Assembly (NCBI GenBank): GCA_041288045.1
Contig: JBGGMM010000108.1
Coordinates: forward strand, 1 to 34,029
From: Pseudobdellovibrionaceae bacterium
GTDB taxonomy: Bacteria > Bdellovibrionota > Bdellovibrionia > Bdellovibrionales > Bdellovibrionaceae
Direction of reading: 5' to 3'
Length of the DNA: 34,029 nucleotides
Part shown: in pieces, positions 16,116-25,428 of the stretch
Layout: each line of letters starts with the position of its first letter
Position numbering within the stretch: the first letter of the stretch is position 1
Notes under the pieces: generated by a model
Told to the model about the DNA's origin: nothing
The model's database searches: none
The model's input: only the letters and a program-made list of their open reading frames with translations
Translations under genes and position numbers: made by a program

Positions 16116-17333
16116 TTACTTTTTGTTTCCTAAATGGGAATCCAGTTCTTCTTGATCTTGCTTTGTCAGTTCCACTTCATGCTGTGACAAAAGCTTTTTA
16201 TTTTTTGCCAAGTACTCTTCTAAAGAAAGAGCCGTGATGACCTCTCCGATTCCAAATTGTCGGATTGATGGCTGAGAGTCCATACACATCGTCGGCATCA
16301 ATTTAGAAATGATTTTGGAGCCAAGGCTGTTGCCAATGGCAGAATAAAATCCAGTCGGGGTCACTTTGGTCGTCTGATAATTTGTGCGCTTGAGGACTTC
16401 CTGTGCTTGAACTCGATTTTGGATTGCTCCAGGTTCGTAAAGTGCAGCAGCTAAAACCTCAAGAACCCACTGATTTGAATTTTGCTGATTGAGATCGTTT
16501 GGAAGAGCAATGGCGTTGTAGTGTTTTTCCATCCAATTTTTGCCAATATAATTTTTGACGAGGATGGATTCGATATTATTTTGAATCTCTTGATCTGGAA
16601 TGATGATTTGGGCTCCGTAACCATGCATGTGGTCGTAAAAGAAATTTTTCAAAGTGCCTTTGAAAATATAAGAGCTATTGGCATTTTCACAGGAATAAAG
16701 AAGATGCACGATCGTCCAAAAACCATCCTCTGATCGAGTGACCACAGCTCCATCTTTATTTCGCAGCGGCATGTTCTTCAAAGCGATTCCAACATGAGAG
16801 TATTTGAGCTTGCGAGAACGATCAAAAGAGTTTCGAACGGCTTTGTACTCTAATTTTTGAGTGACCGAGGGGTATCCGGTTTTTAAGACCATTTCATTCG
16901 ACTCAGCTGTCAAAGCTGCAATGATTTGATCTTTGCTGAGTTGGTGGCCAGATGAATCCACATCTTTCAGAGGTTGAAAGTCTTCGAGATTACTACCCAT
17001 TCGAGCAATGAGGGCGACTTTGAAATCACGGCCCATCTGCTTCTCTGAATTTTCCAGTTGAACCAGCTTGTCAGCCACTAGATCGGTCAGAAATGCAGTC
17101 TTTGCCTCTTGAACTTTGTTAAGAGGTTTGCCGCTGCAGCGATCTGATTTCAAATCGCACCGATTGCTACTGGCTGCAGGAGTTCTTTGAGAACCGGGCG
17201 TCGGAGCTGGCTCTTCGGTAAATGCAACACCCTCTGGTGCGGTTGTTTTAGGTTGATTCGAATGACAAGCGCTGAGCAATGAAACAAAAAGCGCAGACAT
17301 GCTGACTGCATATATGGTGGGTCTCACATCCAT
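16116..17333 (-). CDS. DUF2145 family lipoprotein
   Basis: Lipobox LSAC. VALIARMG, LKYSHVGIA, WTIVHLL..C, YNAIA.P and QNSNQWVLEVLAAA match my recollection of DUF2145. Confidence 0.75.
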   Translation of the reverse strand: MDVRPTIYAVSMSALFVSLLSACHSNQPKTTAPEGVAFTEEPAPTPGSQRTPAASSNRCDLKSDRCSGKPLNKVQEAKTAFLTDLVADKLVQLENSEKQMGRDFKVALIARMGSNLEDFQPLKDVDSSGHQLSKDQIIAALTAESNEMVLKTGYPSVTQKLEYKAVRNSFDRSRKLKYSHVGIALKNMPLRNKDGAVVTRSEDGFWTIVHLLYSCENANSSYIFKGTLKNFFYDHMHGYGAQIIIPDQEIQNNIESILVKNYIGKNWMEKHYNAIALPNDLNQQNSNQWVLEVLAAALYEPGAIQNRVQAQEVLKRTNYQTTKVTPTGFYSAIGNSLGSKIISKLMPTMCMDSQPSIRQFGIGEVITALSLEEYLAKNKKLLSQHEVELTKQDQEELDSHLGNKK

Positions 17334-17515
17334 GGAAACTCCTGTGTCCTCCCATGAAAAACAAAATCCATGTGATTTGCAATGCTTAATCTTTTTTCAC
17401 TTTTCAGTGTGAAACAGAAAGACAGGGTCTAGGAAAATTAAGCACTGAATATCAGGTGGTAATTTTGAAACTTGAAATGAATATCTTAAATTCGCGTGGA
17501 CCTGTGTCGAAAACT

Positions 17516-18286
17516 TCAAAGGTTGAATTCGGAAATCAATGTCCACAACTTTGGACTGATCAGATCGGATCCAAATAAATTAACAGAATAATAACCTTTT
17601 CCTCGACCTCGTTTGGCATCGATCGGAAGAATGCCAGTGCCGCCAATTTGATGCAGCCAATGACTGCGAAAAGAAAGCGAATTGCTGATCAAGGTTTTCT
17701 TGCCAGGTTCCATTGATTTTTTCTCTGCTCCCGTAAATTCAAAAGGGCTGAAAATATAAATCTCTTTATTGGTCGAAATTTTTTCCATTTGTTGATAGCC
17801 GACTTCGAGCTGGTGTTTGTATTTTTGTTTGCTAGGCGGTCGGACACTGAAAATCAAATCCAGATTGCCACTTAAAAACTGCGAATCCAAATCGCGAAAA
17901 TCCAAGACATCCAAATAAACAGTCGGAATATTGATTTTATCAAAACAGTGCTGCACGAACTGAGTGGCAATGGCAGATAAACCTTCCAAGGTGCCGATGC
18001 GAAGCTCATGCACTTCGCTTTCCTGAGCCACCGATAAAATATCGGATTGCAATCGGCTGATGCCTTTGGTGAATGTCAAAGAAAGATCATGCGCCAAAGG
18101 CGTCCATCCCGATTTGCGACGAGCACTTCGATCCAAAAGAATCACACTCAGTTCACTCTCAATTTTAGCAATCAATCTTGAAAGCTGCGGTTGGCTCAGG
18201 CCAATGTGCTGGGCCGCTGCCGAAAGATTTTTGTGTTGAATCGCCTTGGATAAGACAGACAATTCGTAAGTGAGATTTTGAATCAC
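17516..18286 (-). CDS. LysR family transcriptional regulator
   Basis: NLSAAAQHIGLSQPQLSRLIAKIESELSVILLDRS HTH, LRIG motif, GTG start. Confidence 0.9.
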   Translation of the reverse strand: MIQNLTYELSVLSKAIQHKNLSAAAQHIGLSQPQLSRLIAKIESELSVILLDRSARRKSGWTPLAHDLSLTFTKGISRLQSDILSVAQESEVHELRIGTLEGLSAIATQFVQHCFDKINIPTVYLDVLDFRDLDSQFLSGNLDLIFSVRPPSKQKYKHQLEVGYQQMEKISTNKEIYIFSPFEFTGAEKKSMEPGKKTLISNSLSFRSHWLHQIGGTGILPIDAKRGRGKGYYSVNLFGSDLISPKLWTLISEFNL

Positions 18287-18297
18287 GTCGAAAATCC

Positions 18298-19974
18298 TTA
18301 CTTTTTGATATAATTGAAAAAAGCAATCACTCCTAAAAACCCAGCTGCCAAATATCCAATCAGACTTGCGGCAGGGATACTCCCCTGAACCAAATGTTGC
18401 TGATCATGCACATAAATGTATGAAGCGCTGAGCAGCAGTGAGCCCATGATGATCCCTAGGAACAGCAGATTGAACGAAGTGGTCACTGCCTTTTTTAAAT
18501 CCTGGATGTCATTCAATTTCAGTTTAAAGGTGTGCTGCGGACTGTTCACTTTGCGCAGAAGAAAATTCAACTGTCGGGGAAGACTGTTGATAAAGGATCG
18601 GGATTCGCGGGCCAGTTGATTGAGATCTTGCATGACCCGGCCTGGTTCGTACTGGGTTTTGATCAGTTCACTGGCAAACTGGAGCGAGTGCTGAAGAAAA
18701 TCAAAATCTTTTTGAATTTTGTTTCCCAATCCTTCAACCGAAACCAAAGATTTAAAATACAACATCAGTTCTGTTGGAACTTGAATGTGATGTCTTGCCG
18801 CAATTGAAGAGGATTTCAGCAAAAGCTTTCCTAGGTTGACATTTTTCATTGTCAATCCGAAATACGGAGCCACCAAATCTCTGAGCTCTCTGGCGAAAAG
18901 ATCCACATTCACGCGTTCGTCAAATGGAGCCAGGTCGATGTATTCATGTGCCAGTCGCTCGTAATCCTCGCGCGAAAGGGCAAAGAGCATATTGGCGATC
19001 GAAGATTGAGTGCGATTGTTCAATCGACCCACGACTCCGAAATCAATCAGACCAATTCGATTGTCCGGAAAAATAAAAAAATTGCCAGCGTGTAAATCTC
19101 CGTGGAAAAGGCCGTCAGAAAAAACCATTTTCAAATAGGCCTTCAATCCAAGCCGAATGATCTCTTCGCTGTCCACACCTGGCTGCTTCAATGCTGCTGA
19201 GGAGCTTAAAGGGATTCCATCGAGGGCTTCCATGGTCAGGACTCGCTCGGTGGTCAGGTCCATGTAAACCTTGGGAATCACAATTTTTGGTTCACCAGCA
19301 AAATTTTGTGAAAATCGTCTGATGTTATTGGCTTCGACAACAAAATTGGTTTCAAGATCCAAAGTTTTAAAATACTCATCAACAATTCCAACTGGATTAA
19401 AGGGAACTGTTTCTTCAACGTATTTCTCTAGAAGCTCCGCGAGAAAATAGAGAACATTCAAATCCTCATTGATTGTCTGTAAAATTCCAGGTCGCTGGAC
19501 TTTGACAACCACGGAATCGCCATTTTTAAGAACCGCTTTGTGAACTTGAGCAATACTGGCGGAACCCAATGGATTGGGATCAAAAGACTGAAATTGCTCT
19601 TCCAGTCGTGAGCCAAATTCTTCTTTCAAAACTTTTGCGATCGTCTCAAAAGGAAGTGGGTTGACCTTGTCATGCAATTTTGAAAACTCTTGGACGAAAT
19701 CGTCTGGAACCAAATCGGGTCGTGCCGCCAGCAGCTGTCCCAGTTTGACAAATGTCGGTCCCAACTCTTCAAAACTCATTCGAATCCGCTCGGCAATTGT
19801 GTACTTTTCTTCGTCAGCAGAGGGATTCAAACGCTCCAAAAGAAATTGGCCAAGCTTGATCCTCTCGGCGATGTTGTAAAATCCATGCCGAACAAAAACG
19901 CTCACAATGACTCGCAGGCGGCTGGCATTCTTCAGTGTGCGGCCGATCTGCCTGCTCGCACTGACAATTTTCAT
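18298..19974 (-). CDS. ubiB: ABC1/UbiB (AarF) family atypical kinase
   Basis: LGPTFVKLGQ, LGSASIAQVH.A, VVKVQRP, FHGDLHAGN, DFG, and two C-terminal TM helices. Family assignment is firmer than orthology. Confidence 0.88.
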   Translation of the reverse strand: MKIVSASRQIGRTLKNASRLRVIVSVFVRHGFYNIAERIKLGQFLLERLNPSADEEKYTIAERIRMSFEELGPTFVKLGQLLAARPDLVPDDFVQEFSKLHDKVNPLPFETIAKVLKEEFGSRLEEQFQSFDPNPLGSASIAQVHKAVLKNGDSVVVKVQRPGILQTINEDLNVLYFLAELLEKYVEETVPFNPVGIVDEYFKTLDLETNFVVEANNIRRFSQNFAGEPKIVIPKVYMDLTTERVLTMEALDGIPLSSSAALKQPGVDSEEIIRLGLKAYLKMVFSDGLFHGDLHAGNFFIFPDNRIGLIDFGVVGRLNNRTQSSIANMLFALSREDYERLAHEYIDLAPFDERVNVDLFARELRDLVAPYFGLTMKNVNLGKLLLKSSSIAARHHIQVPTELMLYFKSLVSVEGLGNKIQKDFDFLQHSLQFASELIKTQYEPGRVMQDLNQLARESRSFINSLPRQLNFLLRKVNSPQHTFKLKLNDIQDLKKAVTTSFNLLFLGIIMGSLLLSASYIYVHDQQHLVQGSIPAASLIGYLAAGFLGVIAFFNYIKK

Positions 19975-22337
19975 TTTCGCTTGCCCCTTTGAGCTGATGA
20001 TTTTTTGTTACTGCCTCGGTCCTTTGAACGAAATTTCTTAAAAAAGGATTTGCCCTGGGCGGGCTTGGATCTTTTTTCTTCAGATTCGTTTCGATCCTCT
20101 CGCTCTTCGCCGGATTGTGAGTGTCCACTTTTAAAGGAACTCTGACCTCGGCGGGGAGGAGGAGCCAAATCGACATTTCGCTCTTTCCATTTCTTCAAGA
20201 CTTTTTGCAAATGCTTTTCGGGATCAAATTTTTCGCCACGGCTTTCAGTTTCAGTGTTCGCCTCAGTCAGAAATTGGAAAACTTTGTCTTCAATTTGGTC
20301 CATGGCCTGAGCTTTGCGAGATTTGCGATGCTCTTTGATGGGCTCACGGTGAGGCTTGTTTTCCTGTCGACCACGGCTTGGTCTTTCCTGGCGAGATTTG
20401 CCCTTGCCGGCGGCTGATGGACGGGATCCAGCCACGCCAAAATCAATTTGGCCGGCTTCAGGGTCGGCTGCATCGACCCGCACTTTGATCAGATCACCAA
20501 TGGCGAACTGAATGCCGGATCGCTTGCCGAAAAGAACGAGGTTGTCTTCATCAAATTCCAATTTTTCTTTCGACAGATTTTCAGAGCGGACCAAGCCGTC
20601 GACTTCGAACTGGCGTAAAAGCACAAAAACTCCGAATTTCGTCACAGAGCTGATGATGCCTTCAAATTCTTCACCGATAAATTTCTGCATGAAGCGAGCT
20701 TTTTTAATGGATTGGAACTGTCGCTCTGCTTTCACCGATCTTTGCTCGCAAGCCGACAGCATGGTGGCTGCCGTCTGCAAATCCTCTTCGGGCATCAGCT
20801 TGTATTCTGAATGAGTCATGATTTGACTTTTCAACAGACGGTGCACAATCAAATCCGGATAACGGCGGATTGGAGAAGTGAAGTGAGTGTAATACTCAAA
20901 GCCCAAGCCGAAGTGTCCCAGATTGTCAGCGCTGTATTTGGCCTGGCTCATGGACCTCAGAGTGAGGATATTCAAAATCTGAGCTTCGGGGCGGCCTTCG
21001 AATTCTTGCAAAGCGCGAGTCAGTCGCTTTTGCAATTTTCCGTCGCTGATTTTCACTCGACTGCCGAAATTCATCAGGTACTTTTCGAGCATGGCAATCG
21101 CATCTTCATTTGGCGGCTCGTGGATTCGGTAAACTGCGGGAATTTCCTGTGAAGACAAAAATTTGGCCACAGCGACGTTCGCTGCGAGCATCATTTCTTC
21201 GATCAAACGATGGGCAAAAAGCCTTTCTGAGCGAATGAAATCAATCGGCATTCCGGAACTATCGATGACAATTTCTGTTTCGGGAATTTCCAAATCCAAA
21301 GAGCCTTCTTTGAATCGCTTGGCCATCAGAATTTTTGCCAGGTCGGCGGCCAAAAGGATTTCAGATTTCACATGCCGGATTTTTTCGACTTCATTGCCAT
21401 CAATGATTTCTTGCGCTTCGCCGTAAGTGACTCGGGCTTTGCTCTCAATCACAGCTTCATAAAAGTTGCTGTCGACCACTTGTCCGGTGAAATCCATTTG
21501 CATTTCAGCGACCAAAGCCAGCCTTGGAACATGTGGATTCAAAGAGCAAAGTCCGTTGCTGAGAACTTCTGGCAGCATTGGAACGACAAAATTCGGAAAG
21601 TAAACGCTCGTTCCTCTTTCGAAAGCTTCGCGATCGATGGCCCTGCCAATTTTGACGTAATGGCTGACATCGGCAATGGCGACAAAAAGTCGAAAGCCGC
21701 GACCATTGTTCTCAACCAAAACAGCATCATCGAAATCTTTCGCAGTGGCTCCGTCAATGGTGATGAAATTCAAATTGCGCAGGTTTTTTCTGCCATGCAT
21801 GTCTTTGTCGGAGACATTGTGTGAAAAAGTTCGAGCTTCCTTTTCAACGTCAGGATGAAATTCATGTGGTACGTGGTTTTGCAAAAGCACTCGCTTGATG
21901 TCCGTCAAAGGATCCAAAGCATTGCCGATCACTTCGGTCACTCGGCCACGAAATCCGTCTGGATGATCGGGGAAAGTGATGATCTCGGCCGAAACCAATT
22001 CGCCAGCTTTGGCTCCCATGGATTCATCCAAGGGAATTTTTAAATCTTCGCCCCAGCCTTTTCCTTCGTCGCGAATGAGGCCTGTCTTTGCGTTCATCGG
22101 TTGGAAAGTGCCCACCAGAGATTTCGTTCCTCGAGAGACGATTTTCAAAATCTCTCCGCGGAATCTTTGGCCACCTCTTTCGGGAAAAACATCGATCATC
22201 ACACGATCGTTTGTCATCACTCCCTTCATTGAATTGCGGGGGATGTAAACGTCGGGATGTTCGCTTTGATCGGGAATGAAAAACCCGAAGCCATCGGGGT
22301 GTCTCTTAATCATTCCTTGTAGAAATTCTTTTTTCAT
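19971..22337 (-). CDS. rnr: Ribonuclease R
   Basis: HPDGFGF, ITIDGATAKDFDDA, RGTSVYFP, GHFGL...YTHFTSPIRRYPDL, S1 domain and basic C-terminal tail. Alternative start at 22385. Confidence 0.96.
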   Translation of the reverse strand: MKKEFLQGMIKRHPDGFGFFIPDQSEHPDVYIPRNSMKGVMTNDRVMIDVFPERGGQRFRGEILKIVSRGTKSLVGTFQPMNAKTGLIRDEGKGWGEDLKIPLDESMGAKAGELVSAEIITFPDHPDGFRGRVTEVIGNALDPLTDIKRVLLQNHVPHEFHPDVEKEARTFSHNVSDKDMHGRKNLRNLNFITIDGATAKDFDDAVLVENNGRGFRLFVAIADVSHYVKIGRAIDREAFERGTSVYFPNFVVPMLPEVLSNGLCSLNPHVPRLALVAEMQMDFTGQVVDSNFYEAVIESKARVTYGEAQEIIDGNEVEKIRHVKSEILLAADLAKILMAKRFKEGSLDLEIPETEIVIDSSGMPIDFIRSERLFAHRLIEEMMLAANVAVAKFLSSQEIPAVYRIHEPPNEDAIAMLEKYLMNFGSRVKISDGKLQKRLTRALQEFEGRPEAQILNILTLRSMSQAKYSADNLGHFGLGFEYYTHFTSPIRRYPDLIVHRLLKSQIMTHSEYKLMPEEDLQTAATMLSACEQRSVKAERQFQSIKKARFMQKFIGEEFEGIISSVTKFGVFVLLRQFEVDGLVRSENLSKEKLEFDEDNLVLFGKRSGIQFAIGDLIKVRVDAADPEAGQIDFGVAGSRPSAAGKGKSRQERPSRGRQENKPHREPIKEHRKSRKAQAMDQIEDKVFQFLTEANTETESRGEKFDPEKHLQKVLKKWKERNVDLAPPPRRGQSSFKSGHSQSGEEREDRNESEEKRSKPAQGKSFFKKFRSKDRGSNKKSSAQRGKRK

Positions 22338-22808
22338 GGACGGAGTATCATCCCTCTCTTTTAAGAAAGATAATGTTGGGATCATGCTTCCAATGAATGA
22401 TGAACAATTGCTCTATTCTTGTGCTTTAACACAGGACTGAATTCTTGAATTTTTGAGTTTTCGCAGGAACTTACCGATTTTTTCCTGCCGAATAACGCCC
22501 CTGCGCCCAGACTTATGTCGGTACGCAAATTGATGTCGCAGTAGGACGTTTGTCGGAGGTCTTGTCGGAATGACCGGCGCTTCGCCGCAGCCACTCTTCA
22601 CACAAAATTCATTTCCTTAATTTCCTTGAAAGCCTGAATGGATCTCGTTTTGAAGGAAATTTCGCAGTGATTTTCCAAGTCGATCACGCTGTTACTTTTT
22701 TCTCACAATTCTGCTCAAAAAAACAAATTGAGGATTTTTCGCAACAGTTTTTCAACTCAAAAAAACCTCCACAAATCTTCGCTCCAAACTCGCCGACAGA
22801 AATTCCTA

Positions 22809-22837
22809 TTGATCTCAGATCTTCGTCTCATTACGAT
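22809..22837 (+). promoter_or_regulatory. Putative sigma70 promoter of the porin-like genes
   Basis: TTGATC-N17-TACGAT about 85 nt upstream of the ATG. Confidence 0.5.
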
Positions 22838-22921
22838 TTGAAGGGTAAAGACTAATTTAGAAAACGAAACTTTAAGTTTAGTAAAGTTAACAACATTGTT
22901 GATTCAACGAAAGGACAACAA

Positions 22922-24124
22922 ATGAAAAAGCTTCTTCTGATTGCAGCATTGGCAGCGTTGTCAAGCCCTGCATTTGCTTCAAAAGCTCGAGTGACAGCAC
23001 TTGGAAACGCTGACCACTTGGTCGACACTCAGACTGTTTTCGATAACCCAGCTCATCTGACTCTGATGGGTGACTACGTCACATTCGAGGCGGGACCAAC
23101 AACTGCGACAGCTTCAACAGTAACTCCTGGTACAACCAAGTACTCGGACCTGATGGTAGCAAACAATCCAAACGCAGAAGGTGGTTTTGTTCGTTCATCT
23201 GGTGATGCGAAGTACATGGCTTATTTAGGCCGTCGTTCTCCTTTCACTCAGACTTTCAGAACTATGTTTGGCTTCTTGCAACAGGAGAACACAATTGAAC
23301 TTCAGTACGCTATGAAAGGCGCAATCAATTGGGGTGTCGGTTTGAACTACTCATCTTCTGACAAAAAATCAGGCGACAACGCAACAACTGTTGCACAGAA
23401 ACAGCAAGCTGCTGGTGTCCGTTTGGGAGCATCTGCTGATATGTGGGAAGGCTATGCAATCATTGGTTTGATGAGCACAGCTGAGGGCGCTACAGCTGCA
23501 AACGTTCTAACAGGCGATGCTGATGGTGACGATATCGTTGATGGTGGCGAAATTGCGCCTATCGTTCTTGATGCGACTGCCAAATACAAAGGCACAACTG
23601 GATTCAAACTCGGTGGCGCTTACAAAATGGAAAATGTTCGCATTTTCGGTAAGTACTACCAAGACGGATTCAAATACGAAGGTGCTAATACTACTTACGA
23701 TGGAGCTGAGCTCACTCAGTCTCAAGCAGACGTGGGTGCTGTCGAGTACAACAAGCTCGAAGGTGGACAGTGGTTCTACGGAGCTTCTTTTCAACTTTAC
23801 AACTCAAAGTTCTCACGCACTGGCAGCGAATCTAAGACAACTGCGACTTTCCTGCCTTTCCTCGTAGGTGTTGAGTACGATGCAGCTTCTTGGTTGACTC
23901 TGCGAGCTTCTGCGACTCAGAACGTTCTTCTTGGATCATACAAAGTTGAAGATGCAGCAGCTCCAGACGAAGCAAACACTATCCAGCAGAACACAAAAGT
24001 TGCTGCGGGCTTGGGCTTGCGCTTCGGAAAATGGGTTGCTGATGGATCATGGGCTGCTCAGACCACAGGTAACGTCAATTCTACGAATTTCCTGACGAAC
24101 CTTGGCATGACTTACATGTTTTAA
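22922..24124 (+). CDS. Major outer-membrane porin-like protein (Bdellovibrio PopA/Bd0427 family), copy 1
   Basis: Signal peptide then SKARV.ALG, AEGGF, GVEYDAASWLTLRAS..QN, AAG.G.RFG, C-terminal TYMF. Confidence 0.85.
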   Translation: MKKLLLIAALAALSSPAFASKARVTALGNADHLVDTQTVFDNPAHLTLMGDYVTFEAGPTTATASTVTPGTTKYSDLMVANNPNAEGGFVRSSGDAKYMAYLGRRSPFTQTFRTMFGFLQQENTIELQYAMKGAINWGVGLNYSSSDKKSGDNATTVAQKQQAAGVRLGASADMWEGYAIIGLMSTAEGATAANVLTGDADGDDIVDGGEIAPIVLDATAKYKGTTGFKLGGAYKMENVRIFGKYYQDGFKYEGANTTYDGAELTQSQADVGAVEYNKLEGGQWFYGASFQLYNSKFSRTGSESKTTATFLPFLVGVEYDAASWLTLRASATQNVLLGSYKVEDAAAPDEANTIQQNTKVAAGLGLRFGKWVADGSWAAQTTGNVNSTNFLTNLGMTYMF

Positions 24125-24160
24125 TTTTTAGTTCAAAAGGTAATGAAAGGATAAACAACA

Positions 24161-25276
24161 ATGAAAAATACAGTATTGATCGCAGTTTTGGCTCTTGCTG
24201 CTACACCTGCGATGGCATCTAAAGCACGTCTGAGCGCTCTTAACAACGCCGCTCACATCGAAGACATCCAGGACACTTTGAAAAATCCTGCGAAAGTCAC
24301 TTTGCACGGTGATTGGTTGACCTTTGAAATGGGAACCAATGCTTACACCACAGCTGCTCAAAACCCACCTCGCGCTGAGGGTGGATTTGCTCGCGGTATG
24401 GGCGATGCTCGCTACGGTTTCTACTTGGGTCACCACGCAAACTGGGTGACAGAAACTCGAGTGGACAACACTCCAATTGATATGGATGGTGGAGCCAACA
24501 CTTATCTGACAAATGAAAATCCAGTGAATTTGTTCTACGGAGCAAAAGCTGGGGATTTGGCTTGGGGTGTGGGACTTGATTACTCAAACTCTGACAAAAA
24601 ATCGACAAAGCAAAAGCAAAGTGCAACTGGTTTGAATGCAGGTGTGACTGCGAATGACTGGGAAGCTTATTTGAATCTTGGTTTGATGAACACTTACGAA
24701 AATGACTTAACTGCTGGTTCAGAAGTTGATTTCAAAGGTAAGACAGCTATCGAATTGGGCGGCGAATACCGAATGGACACTATGACATTTGTCGCTTTGG
24801 CTCGCATGAACGGTGGTAAAGAAGAAATCGGCACAACAGAAACTGTTGATCGTACAATCAACGTTTATAACTTGGGCGTTGTGAACTCTCACAAAGCTGA
24901 AGGAACTGATTTCTTTTACGGTGCCAACTATGTCATGACTTTGGATAAGAACACTGCTGCTGGCACTGCCAACGATGACAAGATTGAAACATCAGCTTTG
25001 CCAGTTTTTGCTGGTATCGAAGCTGATGCGACTTCTTGGATGGTTCTGCGTGCATCTGTCAGACAGAACTTCATCTTGGGTTCGACGAAGACAACGACTG
25101 GTGCTGCTGATGGCGAACCAAATACAGTTGACCAGAACACATCTGTTGCAGCTGGCGCGGGTTTGAAGTTCGGAAAACTTTTGGTTGACGGAACTTTGGA
25201 AGCTGCAAACAGCAACACAGCTGCTTTGAATGGTAATGCCTTCTTAGCAAACGCTGCTGTTACTTACATGTTCTAA
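24161..25276 (+). CDS. Major outer-membrane porin-like protein (PopA/Bd0427 family), copy 2
   Basis: Same motif series (SKARL.AL, AEGGF, GIEADATSWMVLRAS.RQN, TYMF). Tandem paralog. Confidence 0.85.
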   Translation: MKNTVLIAVLALAATPAMASKARLSALNNAAHIEDIQDTLKNPAKVTLHGDWLTFEMGTNAYTTAAQNPPRAEGGFARGMGDARYGFYLGHHANWVTETRVDNTPIDMDGGANTYLTNENPVNLFYGAKAGDLAWGVGLDYSNSDKKSTKQKQSATGLNAGVTANDWEAYLNLGLMNTYENDLTAGSEVDFKGKTAIELGGEYRMDTMTFVALARMNGGKEEIGTTETVDRTINVYNLGVVNSHKAEGTDFFYGANYVMTLDKNTAAGTANDDKIETSALPVFAGIEADATSWMVLRASVRQNFILGSTKTTTGAADGEPNTVDQNTSVAAGAGLKFGKLLVDGTLEAANSNTAALNGNAFLANAAVTYMF

Positions 25277-25303
25277 TTTGAACATTGTGATTTAAGTTTT
25301 GCG

Positions 25304-25340
25304 AAAAGGCCTGGCACGAAACGCCAGGCCTTTTTATTTT
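25304..25340 (+). terminator. Rho-independent terminator
   Basis: AAAAGGCCTGGC-ACGAAAC-GCCAGGCCTTTTTATTTT. Confidence 0.85.
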
Positions 25341-25428
25341 TGGGATCCGGCAATCGGACCTTATCTTTCATTCTTTCTCTCCTTCATGCGCCATTCTTTT
25401 GCTTTCTCGCTTTGGCATGGAGGTTTTT

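Noticed and set aside
22382..22855. Short ORFs, or a 6S/SRP/c-di-GMP riboswitch RNA, in the rnr-porin spacer
   Set aside because: The ORFs lack RBS and protein-like features, and no signature motif of these RNA families was recognisable.
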